Shown: piece after piece, positions 1-10,466 of the stretch
Position numbering within the stretch: position 1 is the stretch's first letter
How the letters are laid out: every line of letters begins with the position of its first letter
Origin: Nitrospira sp.
GTDB lineage: Bacteria > Nitrospirota > Nitrospiria > Nitrospirales > Nitrospiraceae
Direction: 5' to 3'
NCBI GenBank assembly: GCA_047150005.1
Contig: AP038806.1
Coordinates: 1,888,001-1,952,000 of the forward strand
Length of the DNA: 64,000 nucleotides
Notes under the pieces: model-generated
The model's database searches: none
The model's input: only the letters and a program-made list of their open reading frames with translations
Told to the model about the DNA's origin: nothing
Made by a program: the position numbers and the translations under genes

Positions 1-576
1 CGCAAGCGCCGCTTCGACTTCGTGAGACAAGGCCTGGCTCTTTTCCTGAATGGCCTTGGCTTTGGTTTGGGCCGCGAGGTAATCCGATTTGTCGATCATC
101 ATCTGGACATCGTTGAGGGACGCCTTCAATGCATCCGCATCGGTCTTGATCGACTCAAGGGCGGCGCGGTCCTTGCCGCCCGGGGCCGTGGCGATCAGAT
201 CGGCGGCGCGTTTCACAGCGTCGTCGGCGGCATGATGGGCTTGAACGGCGCTCATCTTGGCCTCTTCCATCTTTTTCAGCGACTCGGTCTTGACTCGTTC
301 GGCGTCCGTCTTGACCGTGGCGACCAACTGGTCGACCTTGCCGTAGTCTCGGAACAGGGCGAACTTCGCTTCCTGATCCGCCACTTCCTTCCTGACGGCG
401 GCCATGCCGCCCTCGAGCTTTGCGTACTCGTCGGCGGCATACGTGGCCGCACCGCTTTGTTGAGCGTCCTTAATGGCCTGTTCCGCCGAACTGATTTGGT
501 CGGCGGGGGGTTGCGCACAGCCGCCGAGAAACAGCAGGGCGTAGAGCGCGATGAGACATGTCCATGGTTTGACCAT
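1..576 (-). CDS. Putative lipoprotein with helical/coiled-coil body (DUF4398-like); runs off window start
   Basis: Own translation MVKPWTCLIALYALLFLGGCAQPPADQISSAEQAIKDAQQSGAATYAADEY...; lipobox LGGC; RBS AAGGAGG upstream; no stop before window edge. Confidence 0.75.
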   Translation of the reverse strand, partial: MVKPWTCLIALYALLFLGGCAQPPADQISSAEQAIKDAQQSGAATYAADEYAKLEGGMAAVRKEVADQEAKFALFRDYGKVDQLVATVKTDAERVKTESLKKMEEAKMSAVQAHHAADDAVKRAADLIATAPGGKDRAALESIKTDADALKASLNDVQMMIDKSDYLAAQTKAKAIQEKSQALSHEVEAALA

Positions 577-939
577 GAGCTCTCCTCCTTCAGTCACCGA
601 CAGGGGTCGGCGGATGGCACGGGATCTTGAGCGTAAGCGGTACAAATGATGTCGGTCTATGATGCGGCAAATACAGGATATTCGCAAAGGCAGTGCCACT
701 GCATTGTCCGTCCGAAATCGCCGTCTTGCCCTTAAACATTGACGATTGGCGGCCGTCGAGGCATCGGTCCACGGTGACTCTGGGGCAGTCTAGCTCAGTC
801 GGCCGGAAAGGTCTACAAAATCGCCTCAATTTGAACGGCTTTTCAAGGGCTTACTTCGTGACATCAATACAGGTTCGCAGAGCGGTTGAAAAGCGACTCA
901 TCGTCGGGGACGATGGAGATGCAAGCTGCCGGGCGCGGT

Positions 940-968
940 TTGACAGGTAGAAGACCCCTACCTATAAT
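940..968 (+). promoter_or_regulatory. Consensus sigma70 promoter of the rpmH operon
   Basis: TTGACA (940-945), 17-nt spacer, TATAAT (963-968), 40 nt upstream of rpmH. Confidence 0.85.
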
Positions 969-1007
969 GCACTGTTCATTTCAGAAAATGATCGAAGGAG
1001 TCACGGT

Positions 1008-1145
1008 ATGTCATTTACGTTTCAACAGCCGTCAAATTTGAAGAAGAAGCGTGAGCACGGGTTTCGCAAACGCATGTCGACCAAGAACGGTCGCAAGGTG
1101 CTGGCTCGCCGTCGCGCCAAGGGGCGGGCTAGATTGACCGTGTAG
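1008..1145 (+). CDS. rpmH: 50S ribosomal protein L34
   Basis: Not in ORF track; [54 protein letters not shown]. Confidence 0.97.
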   Translation: MSFTFQQPSNLKKKREHGFRKRMSTKNGRKVLARRRAKGRARLTV

Positions 1146-1305
1146 CCAACGAATCCGATCAGGATACCGCCGAGCATCGCGAGCACCCGTTGTCCCCCGT
1201 CCGTTCCCCCATTCGGGAAGTTTCCATCCAGCATGGTTCGGTGCGGTCACGCTCAGCCTTGTAGACCGGGGCATCCTGGCGGGCGCGCGCGGGGGGTGTG
1301 CCGGC

Positions 1306-1686
1306 ATGACAGGGATCAGACATGCGAAACGCGAACGGTTCCTCCGTGTCAGTCGTGACATCAATTACGTCAAGCAGCACGGGCGTCGTCTGGCGACGGG
1401 GCTGTTCAATCTGCTGATTTGCAGGATAGAGGGGACGGAAACCCGTGTCGGCATCGTTGTCGGGAAGCGATTTGGGGTTGCCGTGCAGCGGAATCGAGCC
1501 AAGCGCCTGTTCCGCGAGTTGACGAGGCACGTGTCCGAGCGCTTGGTGGAAGGCTACGCACTTCTGATATTTCCAAAGCGCGAGGCGCTGGGCTTACCCT
1601 TCGAACGTTTGAGGATGGCATGGTGTTCGACGCTCCATCGACAAGGGCTCTTTCGCGACGAGGACGATACGTCGCGGCCTCTATGA
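1306..1686 (+). CDS. rnpA: Ribonuclease P protein component
   Basis: GKRFGVAVQRNRAKRLFRE (RNR motif); synteny after rpmH. Confidence 0.93.
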   Translation: MTGIRHAKRERFLRVSRDINYVKQHGRRLATGLFNLLICRIEGTETRVGIVVGKRFGVAVQRNRAKRLFRELTRHVSERLVEGYALLIFPKREALGLPFERLRMAWCSTLHRQGLFRDEDDTSRPL

Positions 1687-1907
1687 AGGACGGGATGCGA
1701 GGACTCTGTCTGTCTGTGCTCGCCGGGTATCGCTACTGGATATCTCCGTGGCTGGGGCCGGCCTGTCGTTTTGAACCCACCTGTTCCGTCTATGCTGCTG
1801 AGGCTATCAGCCGGTTCGGCGTGGGGCGCGGGGCGGTGTTGGCGGTTTGTCGCCTCTTGAAATGCCATCCCTTTCACCCCGGAGGGCACGATCCGGTGAA
1901 GGACTAG
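1683..1907 (+). CDS. yidD: Membrane protein insertion efficiency factor
   Basis: ISPWLGPACRFEPTCSVYA and CHPFHPGGHDPV motifs; synteny. Confidence 0.93.
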   Translation: MKDGMRGLCLSVLAGYRYWISPWLGPACRFEPTCSVYAAEAISRFGVGRGAVLAVCRLLKCHPFHPGGHDPVKD

Positions 1908-1927
1908 CGCCGAGCTACGAAAGGCCC

Positions 1928-3607
1928 ATGGAAAAGCGCGTCGTCATATTTCTTGTCCTTTCCATTGCCGTGATCCTCAGCTACGACTGGCTGCTGAAGC
2001 AGTTCGGGTGGCTGCCGCAATCTGCCTCCGTTCAGGAGGAACCGGCGCGCGATGCGCCGCCGCAGCAATCCGACAAGCCCGAGTCTTCGATCCCTGCTGC
2101 CCCCATGGCGTCTCAGACAGAGGCGTCCGGGACCGGGGCGGTCGCGCCCAAAGCGAATCCTGTGCCTGCTGCGGCAGACGGCAAGCTGTCCGTTGAAACA
2201 GACCTCCTGCGGGTCGTGCTCGGTGCACGCGGTGGCGTGATCTCCAGCTGGCAGCTCAAGCACTATCGCAGCGCGCCCACCGAGGAGAAATGGGTGGAAT
2301 TGGTCCATCAGACCCAGCAGAACCAGAATGGGAAGTTCCCGGGTCCTCTCTCGATCGTGTTGGCGGAATCCTCGGCGAATAAGACGGTGCGCGAAGGGGT
2401 ATTTTCCCTCGACAGCGATTTTGTGAAGCTGGATGCAACCCATCCGGAAGGCCACGTGACAATGCGGTTCCATGACGCGGCAACTGGGTTGACGGTTCAG
2501 AAGCAACTGACCTTTCATGTCGGCGGCTATGAGGTTGATGTGGCCGTGACGGTACAGGGAGTTTCCGAGCCGTATGAAGTGGTCTTGGGGACGAATTTCG
2601 GCATCGTGGAGTGGGGCGACGGAATGATCGGGTCGATCGGTCCGGCCTCGTTGGTGGACGGAAAGATCGAAAAGGAAACACCGGACACACAACTGGAACG
2701 AAAGGGAGCGGTGCAATGGGTTGCGCTTCAGGACAAGTATTTCATCGGTGTCTTGATGCCGCAACGTGGAACGACGGCCTTGGAGAAGAAGGAAGGCGAC
2801 AAGGTCGTGTCCGCGAGCGTAAAGACGGCGTCGTTCGGCGATGGAGCGGTCAATCGACTCAGACTCTATGCGGGCCCCAAGGAGTACGACACGTTGCGCT
2901 CCTTGAGCATGGGCCTGGAAGATACGATCGATTTCGGTTGGTTCATATTTGGAAGCTGGAGCGTCGTCAAGGCCGTCGCGAAACCGATTTTTTATGTGCT
3001 CCGCTTCATCAATGAATACACCCACAACTACGGCATCACGATCATCCTGTTGACGATGGGCATCAAGCTGTTGTTCGTTCCCCTGCAGTATAAGAGCTAT
3101 AAGTCGATGAAGCAGATGCAGGTGATTCAGCCGAAGGTATTGGCGGTCCAGGAAAAATTCAAGGACGACCGCGACCGGTTGAACAAGGAATTGATCAAGC
3201 TTTATCGCGATCACAAGGTGAATCCGGTAGGAGGATGCCTGCCGATGGTCCTGCAAATGCCGGTCTTCGTCGCCTTGTTCAATATCCTGTACATGACCAT
3301 CGATCTGCGGCAGGCGCCGTTCGTCGGGTGGATCACCGACTTGTCGGTGCAGGATCCGTACTACGTTCTTCCCATCATCATGGGTGTGACGATGGTACTT
3401 CAGCAGAAGATCACGCCGACGACGATGGATCCGACTCAAGCGAAGATCATGCTCATGCTCCCGGCCTTTATGACGTTTTTGTTCATCAATTTTCCCGCCG
3501 GATTGGTGCTCTATTGGTTGACGAACAACGTCCTGACCATCACGCAACAGGTGGTCACCGACCGTCTGTTCTTCGCCAAACCTCTGATAGCCGAACCGGC
3601 GAAATAG
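1928..3607 (+). CDS. yidC: Membrane protein insertase YidC
   Basis: MEKRVVIFLVLS start; YAGPK, NPVGGCLP, GLVLYW motifs. Confidence 0.96.
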   Translation: MEKRVVIFLVLSIAVILSYDWLLKQFGWLPQSASVQEEPARDAPPQQSDKPESSIPAAPMASQTEASGTGAVAPKANPVPAAADGKLSVETDLLRVVLGARGGVISSWQLKHYRSAPTEEKWVELVHQTQQNQNGKFPGPLSIVLAESSANKTVREGVFSLDSDFVKLDATHPEGHVTMRFHDAATGLTVQKQLTFHVGGYEVDVAVTVQGVSEPYEVVLGTNFGIVEWGDGMIGSIGPASLVDGKIEKETPDTQLERKGAVQWVALQDKYFIGVLMPQRGTTALEKKEGDKVVSASVKTASFGDGAVNRLRLYAGPKEYDTLRSLSMGLEDTIDFGWFIFGSWSVVKAVAKPIFYVLRFINEYTHNYGITIILLTMGIKLLFVPLQYKSYKSMKQMQVIQPKVLAVQEKFKDDRDRLNKELIKLYRDHKVNPVGGCLPMVLQMPVFVALFNILYMTIDLRQAPFVGWITDLSVQDPYYVLPIIMGVTMVLQQKITPTTMDPTQAKIMLMLPAFMTFLFINFPAGLVLYWLTNNVLTITQQVVTDRLFFAKPLIAEPAK

Positions 3608-3623
3608 CCCGTCATCACGAAAC

Positions 3624-5042
3624 ATGCGCGGATCGCTCGACGACACAATCTGCGCGGTCGCCACCCCTGTCGGTGAAGGGGGCGTCGGCATCGTGCGGTT
3701 GAGCGGGCCCGAGGCGCTGCGGATTGGCGAGACGGTCGTCCGGTTGCGTTCCGGGCACCTCCTCGGCGCAGTGGCCACCCATACGTTACATCTTGCCGAT
3801 GTGTTGCCTCCCGCTTCCGTGAAGAGCTGTGAAAGGACGCTGGGGCCGCGTCCTGGCGCATTTCTGGATGAAGCCCTCGTCGTGCATATGAAGGCTCCGC
3901 GATCGTTTACGGGTGAGGACGTCGTGGAGATCCAGTCGCACGGAGGAGGATTGATTCTGTCGTTGGTCTGCCAGGCTTGCATTGAAGCGGGAGCTCGACC
4001 TGCGGAACCTGGTGAATTCACGAAACGAGCATTCCTGAACGGACGGTTGGATCTCTCCCAGGCCGAAGCCGTATTGGATACCGTGCGCGCGAGGTCTGCG
4101 GCAGGCTTGAGCCTGGCGCAGCGCCAGCTGCGGGGCGAGCTGGCGAGAGAGGTGGAATCCGTCCGTTCGGCTCTGCTGGGGTTGTTGGCGCATGTCGAGG
4201 CCGGAATCGATTTTGTCGAGGAAGATATCAGTTTCGTGACGGGACAAGAGCTTCGTCGGACGATCGAGAACGCGGGAGTCATGATCCGCAGGCTTGCTGA
4301 TTCCTTTCGGCAGGGCAAGGTCTTGCGGGAGGGAGCTCGTGTCGTCATTCTTGGACGCCCGAACGTGGGGAAGTCGAGCTTGTTGAACAAGTTGCTACGA
4401 GAAGATCGGGCAATTGTCACGGCCACTCCGGGCACAACCAGAGATGTGATCGAGGAGTCCATCGATCTGGAGGGACTCCGAATTCATCTGGTCGATACGG
4501 CTGGCCTCCGGGAAACGCAGGATCCCGTCGAGTTGGAGGGCATCAGACGAACCAGGGCAGCCCAGCAGGAGGCGGATCTGTCGCTGGTCGTGGTAGACGG
4601 GAGTCAGCCCTTGACCCACGAAGATCGGCAATTGATGGACGCGACCGGAGAGGGTCTCCGTGTCATCGTTTTAAACAAAGCGGATCTCCCCTGTGTCGTG
4701 CGATCTGAGGAGATGCCGTCCGACGCTCGGCTCTGTGCGGTATCGGCCGTGACCGGCGTAGGGTTGGATCGCTTGCGGTCCGAGCTTCGTGGGCAATTGA
4801 TTTCGGGCGGAGGCGATGCGGGAGAGACGGTGATCGTCACGAACGTGCGTCACCAATCGGCATTGCAACGGGCCGCGGAGGCGGTGGATCACGCGTTGGG
4901 TTCGCTCGAAGAGGGTGTAGCGGCCGAATTGATCGCCGCGGATTTGCGGGTAACGGCGGAGGCGTTGGGAGAGATCACCGGTGCGATTACGACCGATGAG
5001 ATCCTTGAGCGCGTATTTGCGGAGTTCTGCATCGGGAAATAG
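3624..5042 (+). CDS. mnmE: tRNA modification GTPase MnmE
   Basis: GRPNVGKSS, GTTRD, DTAG, NKAD, C-terminal FCIGK. Confidence 0.97.
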   Translation: MRGSLDDTICAVATPVGEGGVGIVRLSGPEALRIGETVVRLRSGHLLGAVATHTLHLADVLPPASVKSCERTLGPRPGAFLDEALVVHMKAPRSFTGEDVVEIQSHGGGLILSLVCQACIEAGARPAEPGEFTKRAFLNGRLDLSQAEAVLDTVRARSAAGLSLAQRQLRGELAREVESVRSALLGLLAHVEAGIDFVEEDISFVTGQELRRTIENAGVMIRRLADSFRQGKVLREGARVVILGRPNVGKSSLLNKLLREDRAIVTATPGTTRDVIEESIDLEGLRIHLVDTAGLRETQDPVELEGIRRTRAAQQEADLSLVVVDGSQPLTHEDRQLMDATGEGLRVIVLNKADLPCVVRSEEMPSDARLCAVSAVTGVGLDRLRSELRGQLISGGGDAGETVIVTNVRHQSALQRAAEAVDHALGSLEEGVAAELIAADLRVTAEALGEITGAITTDEILERVFAEFCIGK

Positions 5043-5051
5043 CGAGGGGGC

Positions 5052-6965
5052 ATGGATCGGCACGAGTTCGAGATCATCGTGGTGGGAGGCGGTCATGCCG
5101 GCTGTGAAGCCGCCTTGGCCGCGGCGCGCATGGGAGCCCGAACCCTCCTCTTGACGATGGACCCGCAGCGCATTGCACAGATGTCATGCAATCCTGCAAT
5201 CGGCGGCATTGCGAAGGGGCATCTCGTCAAAGAGATCGACGCGCTGGGAGGCGAGATGGCCAGAAACACGGATCTGGCCGGCATTCAATTTCGCTTTATC
5301 AATACCAGTAAGGGCCCGGCGGTGCGAGCACTACGGGCGCAGTGCGACAAAGGGTTGTATCGAGAGGCCATGCGGACGACACTCGATCGCGAGTCGGGGT
5401 TGACCATCGGTCAGGGAACGGTCGATCGGGTGCTCACGAGCGGGGGAAGGGTCACCGGCATCGTAACGGAAGCCGGTGAACGCCTGGACGCCCAAGCGGT
5501 CATTTTGACTTCAGGTACATTCCTTAAGGGTCTTATCCATATTGGACTCCAGCATTTTGCGGCCGGTCGGGCGGGCGAAGCATCGGCGGAGCATTTGTCC
5601 GACTGCATGCGGGATTTCGGTTTTGAAGTGGGCCGGTTGAAAACCGGCACTCCACCGCGATTGGATAGGGATACTATAGATTTTTCCGTAATGATTTCTC
5701 AGCCCGGAGATCAGCCACCTCCGCCATTCTCATACCGAACCGATCAGGTGCGAACGCCTCAGCGCGATTGCCACCTGACTCACACGAATGATCGCACTCA
5801 CGACATCATCCGGAAAAATCTGGATCGGTCTCCGCTGTATGCCGGAGTGATTGAATCTGCAGGACCGCGATATTGCCCTTCGATCGAAGACAAAGTGGTT
5901 CGGTTCGCGGATAAGCAACGGCATCAGGTTTTTATTGAGCCTGAAGGCCTGGAGAGTCGAGAGTTCTATCCCAACGGGATCTCGACCAGTCTCCCTGTAG
6001 ACGTACAGGCTGCGCTCCTCAAGACCATTCCGGGATTGGAGCAGGCCGTCATGCTCAAGCCCGGCTATGCGATCGAGTACGACTACTTCCCGCCGCGGCA
6101 GCTGCATCCGACTTTGGAAACCAAGCTGGTTGATGGGCTGTATCATGCGGGACAAATCAATGGAACCTCCGGATACGAGGAGGCTGCCGCCCAAGGGCTG
6201 ATGGCTGGGATCAACGCCGTCCTGAAGCTGCAGGGGAAGTCTCCGCTCGTGCTGGACCGTTCACAAGCCTACATCGGGGTCCTGATCGACGACTTGATTA
6301 CGAAGGATGCACGCGAACCCTACCGCATGTTTACGTCCCGCGCTGAGTATCGTCTCTTACTCAGACACGGGAATGCCGATCTTCGCTTGACCGAGCAAGG
6401 TCGACAGATTGGATTAATTTCCGAAGACCTCTTTGCTCGGTTTCTTGACAAGAGAGAAGCGATTGCCCGTGAAATTGAACGGTTGGAGAACCTGCGCCTG
6501 AACCCAACGGACGATGTCCGGTCGCGCCTAAACGGGGCAGGTATTTCAGGCCTGTCCAGCACATGTACGGTGGCGCAACTGCTTCGTCGACAAGGGGTTG
6601 ACTATCAGACTCTGCTCGCATGTTTGGATATTGATCGACAAGGAGATGCTGAAATTATTGAAGAAGTGCAGATTCAGGTCAAATACGCCGGGTACATCAC
6701 GCGCCAGCTTCAGCAGATTGCTCGTTTCAGTAAATTCGAGAATAAGCCGATCCCGCCGTTCTTCCCGTACCATCACGTTCCCGGCTTCTCCAAGGAGGTG
6801 CGCGAAAAGCTGCTCAAAGTCCGACCAGCATCAATTGGTCAGGCTTCCAGAATTTCGGGTGTAACTCCGGCGGCTATCTCGCTTCTTCTCGTTGCCCTGG
6901 AAAAAGGTAAAAGACAAGGTGGATTAACTGCTGCTCAAGCCAGTAAAGTCGAGATTCAGTCTTGA
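5052..6965 (+). CDS. mnmG: tRNA U34 carboxymethylaminomethyl synthesis enzyme MnmG/GidA
   Basis: [43 protein letters not shown]. Confidence 0.97.
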   Translation: MDRHEFEIIVVGGGHAGCEAALAAARMGARTLLLTMDPQRIAQMSCNPAIGGIAKGHLVKEIDALGGEMARNTDLAGIQFRFINTSKGPAVRALRAQCDKGLYREAMRTTLDRESGLTIGQGTVDRVLTSGGRVTGIVTEAGERLDAQAVILTSGTFLKGLIHIGLQHFAAGRAGEASAEHLSDCMRDFGFEVGRLKTGTPPRLDRDTIDFSVMISQPGDQPPPPFSYRTDQVRTPQRDCHLTHTNDRTHDIIRKNLDRSPLYAGVIESAGPRYCPSIEDKVVRFADKQRHQVFIEPEGLESREFYPNGISTSLPVDVQAALLKTIPGLEQAVMLKPGYAIEYDYFPPRQLHPTLETKLVDGLYHAGQINGTSGYEEAAAQGLMAGINAVLKLQGKSPLVLDRSQAYIGVLIDDLITKDAREPYRMFTSRAEYRLLLRHGNADLRLTEQGRQIGLISEDLFARFLDKREAIAREIERLENLRLNPTDDVRSRLNGAGISGLSSTCTVAQLLRRQGVDYQTLLACLDIDRQGDAEIIEEVQIQVKYAGYITRQLQQIARFSKFENKPIPPFFPYHHVPGFSKEVREKLLKVRPASIGQASRISGVTPAAISLLLVALEKGKRQGGLTAAQASKVEIQS

Positions 6966-6987
6966 CCTCTCTTCACGGTTCACGTAA

Positions 6988-7638
6988 GTGTTCCACGTGG
7001 AACATGAAGCGGATTTAGAGAAGCTCCTCATTCATTCTGCCGATCAGCTGGGGATTGCTCTCACGGGGGATCAGTGCGCACAGTTCATGAGGTATCTGTC
7101 GCAACTCATGTACTGGAACCGTACAATTAATCTCACAAGCATCACAAGTCCTCGTGAAATTGTGGCAAAACACTTCATAGACTCCCTCATATCGCTTGCG
7201 ACAATTCCTGTTCCGCACCAAGCCCAATTGATTGATGTGGGAACTGGAGCAGGCTTTCCTGGAATTCCTCTGAAGATTGTTCGATCCGATTTGCGGGTGA
7301 CTTTGATTGAACCAAATAAGAAGAAATGCTCGTTTCTGTCCTCCCTCATTGGAACACTCAGGCTCGCAGACGTTAAGGTATTTGCTGGAACGGTCCAGGA
7401 GTACCAGGATCATGGTGGCGTTCATGCACACTTTATTACAGCTAGGGCGTTACGAGTGGACGACATTCATTCAGAATTGCTCTCCTTGGCTCTGCCCACG
7501 GGTAAAATCGTGCTGTATCGAACGGAGCCGCTGACTTTGCGGGATGCTCCGGCGACGTTTGCAATCGAACAACAACGGAAGTTTGACTTGCCCGAGGATG
7601 CCGGCGAGCGAGTGATTACAGTTCTGTCGGCAAAATGA
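6988..7638 (+). CDS. rsmG: 16S rRNA m7G527 methyltransferase RsmG/GidB (start uncertain; may be GTG at 6997)
   Basis: WNRTINLTSI, KHFIDS, DVGTGAGFPGIPL; synteny mnmG-rsmG-parA. Confidence 0.94.
   Translation: MFHVEHEADLEKLLIHSADQLGIALTGDQCAQFMRYLSQLMYWNRTINLTSITSPREIVAKHFIDSLISLATIPVPHQAQLIDVGTGAGFPGIPLKIVRSDLRVTLIEPNKKKCSFLSSLIGTLRLADVKVFAGTVQEYQDHGGVHAHFITARALRVDDIHSELLSLALPTGKIVLYRTEPLTLRDAPATFAIEQQRKFDLPEDAGERVITVLSAK
6989..7004. promoter_or_regulatory. parS centromere site 1
   Basis: Perfect palindrome TGTTCCACGTGGAACA. Confidence 0.92.
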
Positions 7639-7646
7639 GATGACGC

Positions 7647-7662
7647 TGTTCCACGTGGAACA
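7647..7662. promoter_or_regulatory. parS centromere site 2
   Basis: Perfect palindrome TGTTCCACGTGGAACA between rsmG and parA. Confidence 0.93.
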
Positions 7663-7688
7663 GTCAAGGGTGACGTAGAAAGAGATTG

Positions 7689-8465
7689 ATGGCCAGGATT
7701 ATTGCCGTAACCAATCAAAAGGGTGGAGTCGGAAAAACCACCACGTCCGTCAATCTTGCCGCAGGCGTTGCACTGCAAGGAAAGCAGGTCTTGTTGGTCG
7801 ACATGGATCCGCAAGGTAATGCCACGAGCGGTCTTGGCCTCGATCCGCGATCACTTCACGTAAATGTTTACAACTGTTTGATAAATAACGATAATATTGA
7901 TGACATTGTGAAAAAGACCGAGATCGGCGACCTCTATGTTCTTCCCTCCAATGCTGATCTGGCAGGTGCTGAGATTGAGCTGGTGAACATTGAGGGACGG
8001 GAGCAGCGCCTTCGTCATGTGCTCCAGAGGATCGAGGATCGATTTGACTATGTCTTCCTGGATTGCCCGCCGGCACTCGGAATTCTGACCGTGAATGCTC
8101 TCTGTGCCGCCCGATCAGTCCTGATTCCAGTGCAATGCGAGTACTATGCGATGGAAGGATTGACACGACTCATCGACAGCATCGAACGAGTCCGTCACTC
8201 CTTGAATCCCGGGCTGACGATCGAGGGGATCGTCTTGACAATGTACGACGTGAGGAATACGTTGGCGCGGCAGGTTGCAGATCAGGTTCGGTCGCACTTT
8301 ATCGACAAGGTCTATCAGGTCACGATTCCCCGGAACGTCACGCTTGCGGAAGCTCCGAGCTATGGTCGGCCGGTGCTGTTGTACAACATGGCGTCGACCG
8401 GCGCTCAATCCTATCTCTCTCTAGCCAAGGAGTTTCTCGGTCATGGAGAAAAAAGCCCTGGGTAG
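7689..8465 (+). CDS. parA: Chromosome partition ATPase ParA/Soj
   Basis: NQKGGVGKTTT, DMDPQGNATSGLG, LAEAPSYG. Confidence 0.96.
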   Translation: MARIIAVTNQKGGVGKTTTSVNLAAGVALQGKQVLLVDMDPQGNATSGLGLDPRSLHVNVYNCLINNDNIDDIVKKTEIGDLYVLPSNADLAGAEIELVNIEGREQRLRHVLQRIEDRFDYVFLDCPPALGILTVNALCAARSVLIPVQCEYYAMEGLTRLIDSIERVRHSLNPGLTIEGIVLTMYDVRNTLARQVADQVRSHFIDKVYQVTIPRNVTLAEAPSYGRPVLLYNMASTGAQSYLSLAKEFLGHGEKSPG

Positions 8466-9291
8466 AGGTCTGGAGGCGCTCCTTCCCTCCGGCAGACCGG
8501 CTTCGATGCCTGACGCAACCGATGTGCAGCACCTTCGGGTTGATGCGATCGTCCCCAACCGATATCAACCGAGGCAGACCTTCTCGGCGCAGGAACTCGA
8601 TGAGTTGACGGCCTCGCTCAAACAAAGCGGGTTGCTGCAGCCCATACTTGTCCGGCGCAAGGGAGACGGGATCTATGAGCTGATATCGGGAGAGCGTCGG
8701 TGGCGTGCTTCCAAAGCCGCCGGGCTGGAGACGATTCAGGCCGTTGTCCGGAACTGCAGCGACGACGAGTCCATGGTCCTGGCTCTGGTGGAGAATCTCC
8801 AGCGCGAGGATCTCAATCCTTTGGAAATGGCGAGGGCCTATCACCGCATGCTGGTGGAATTCGGTCTGACACAGGAGGTGATCGCCCAGCGTGTCGGTTG
8901 TGAACGGTCTTCCATTGCCAATCTCGTCCGGCTGCTTAACCTTCCTGCGGACGTGCAACAACTCATCGAGACCGATCAGCTTACGTTGGGGCATGCCAAA
9001 GTCATTCTAGGACTGTCGAGTCCCGTCGACCAGCAACGAATCGCTCAACTGATCGCGGCGCGCGGTCTCTCCGTCCGAGAAACCGAAAAACTAGTCGAAT
9101 CCGCTCTCGGTGAGAAGAAACGCAAGATCAAAGAGGTCAGGCGGTCTCCCTTGTCGGATGTCGAACACCGTTTGGAGAAGCGACTGGGTACCAAGGTAAC
9201 GATCGCCAACGGACGCCGCGGCGGCAGAATCATCATCCACTATTTTTCTCCCGCGGAGCTCGACGGGATTCTGGAAAATATTCTGCAGTGA
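8443..9291 (+). CDS. parB: Chromosome partition protein ParB/Spo0J
   Basis: LGRGLEALL, YQPR, GERRWRA, ENLQREDLNPLE. Confidence 0.96.
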   Translation: MEKKALGRGLEALLPSGRPASMPDATDVQHLRVDAIVPNRYQPRQTFSAQELDELTASLKQSGLLQPILVRRKGDGIYELISGERRWRASKAAGLETIQAVVRNCSDDESMVLALVENLQREDLNPLEMARAYHRMLVEFGLTQEVIAQRVGCERSSIANLVRLLNLPADVQQLIETDQLTLGHAKVILGLSSPVDQQRIAQLIAARGLSVRETEKLVESALGEKKRKIKEVRRSPLSDVEHRLEKRLGTKVTIANGRRGGRIIIHYFSPAELDGILENILQ

Positions 9292-9446
9292 CCGAGCTGG
9301 AGTTAGCGTCAACGCATTATGTGCTCGAGAGAAATGGCATATCAGTTGCTAAATCAGGCGGCTGATGGCACTGTCAGTCCATATCTCCGAGCGCTAAGGC
9401 ACATTCAGCATCACATCCGACCTCGATACATGTAGGAGGAGCGCTC

Positions 9447-9932
9447 ATGTGGGGACAAGATAAGCAGGACGGCAAACGCCAGGCCGACGTGGACCAGGAC
9501 ATTGAACAACCCCAAGCGGAGTCCGCAACCGTCAAGGAGGGGTTGGAAGACATCAGTGCCTTTGTCGGGAAAGGCGTGGATTTCAAGGGCACCATCTCCT
9601 ACAACGGCACGGTGCGGATCGACGGCTCGTTAGAGGGAGAAATTCGAACGGACGGCACGCTGTTGATCGGAGAGGACGCGGTCATTCAGGCCAAAATCTC
9701 CGCGGGAACCATCGTCTGTAAAGGCAAGATCACGGGAGACGTCGTGGCAAGGGAACGCGTCAAGCTGCGCGCACCGGCCATCGTCAACGGCAGCGTGAAG
9801 ACGCCGATCCTCTCGATGGAAGACGGCGTGCAGTTCAACGGGGGGCTGGAGATGGGTCAGGGTACTCAAGGTGCCACGGTCCATACCCTGAGCGGCAGCA
9901 GCGCCTCCGGAGTCAAACGGGTGGGCGCCTAA
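9447..9932 (+). CDS. Bactofilin (polymer-forming cytoskeletal protein)
   Basis: VDFKGTISYNGTVRIDGSLEGEI beta-helix repeats; RBS AGGAGG. Confidence 0.9.
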   Translation: MWGQDKQDGKRQADVDQDIEQPQAESATVKEGLEDISAFVGKGVDFKGTISYNGTVRIDGSLEGEIRTDGTLLIGEDAVIQAKISAGTIVCKGKITGDVVARERVKLRAPAIVNGSVKTPILSMEDGVQFNGGLEMGQGTQGATVHTLSGSSASGVKRVGA

Positions 9933-9999
9933 TCGCTGATCCTCGATCGGCTGGCGTACACACGGTATGCTTTACAACTACAACCCTCGGGAGGTAGGC

Positions 10000-10398
10000 A
10001 TGTGGGCACTGAAGGAACGCCAGAATCCGGTAGCGCAGGGTCACGACAATATCACGCTCTTCGCCAAAGACGTCCGCTTCAAAGGTGTCGTCAAATTCGA
10101 CGGCACCGTGCGGGTTGATGGCCATGTCGAGGGCGAAATTCATACGACGGGGACGCTGATCGTTGGAGAAACGGCGGTCATCAAGGGGGTCGTGTCGGCC
10201 GGCGTTCTCATGAACAGTGGCAGGATCAACGGGACGATCACGGCCGCGGAGAGGATCAGCGTCCATAAGCCCGGTGTCCTCGTCGGTGACATCCGCACCC
10301 CGTCGATCGCTATTGAAGAGGGGTCGCATTTTCACGGCATGTGCGATATGGGGTTGGAGCGGTGGCCGGAAGAATCCGCCGTCACGCTCGCCTCATAG
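10000..10398 (+). CDS. Second bactofilin
   Basis: FKGVVKFDGTVRVDGHVEGEI...IEEGSHFHGMCDM; RBS GGAGG. Confidence 0.88.
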   Translation: MWALKERQNPVAQGHDNITLFAKDVRFKGVVKFDGTVRVDGHVEGEIHTTGTLIVGETAVIKGVVSAGVLMNSGRINGTITAAERISVHKPGVLVGDIRTPSIAIEEGSHFHGMCDMGLERWPEESAVTLAS

Positions 10399-10466
10399 TC
10401 TCGGAAGAAACGCTCCCCACCGTCCCCTGGCCCTTTCCCTTCTGCCTCGGTAGAATACGTTCCGCT

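Noticed and set aside
22..630. 202-aa plus-strand ORF
   Set aside because: Antisense shadow of the minus-strand lipoprotein gene, which has an RBS and lipobox.
1904..4462. 852-aa minus-strand ORF
   Set aside because: Antisense to yidC and mnmE with no recognisable motifs; typical high-GC shadow frame.
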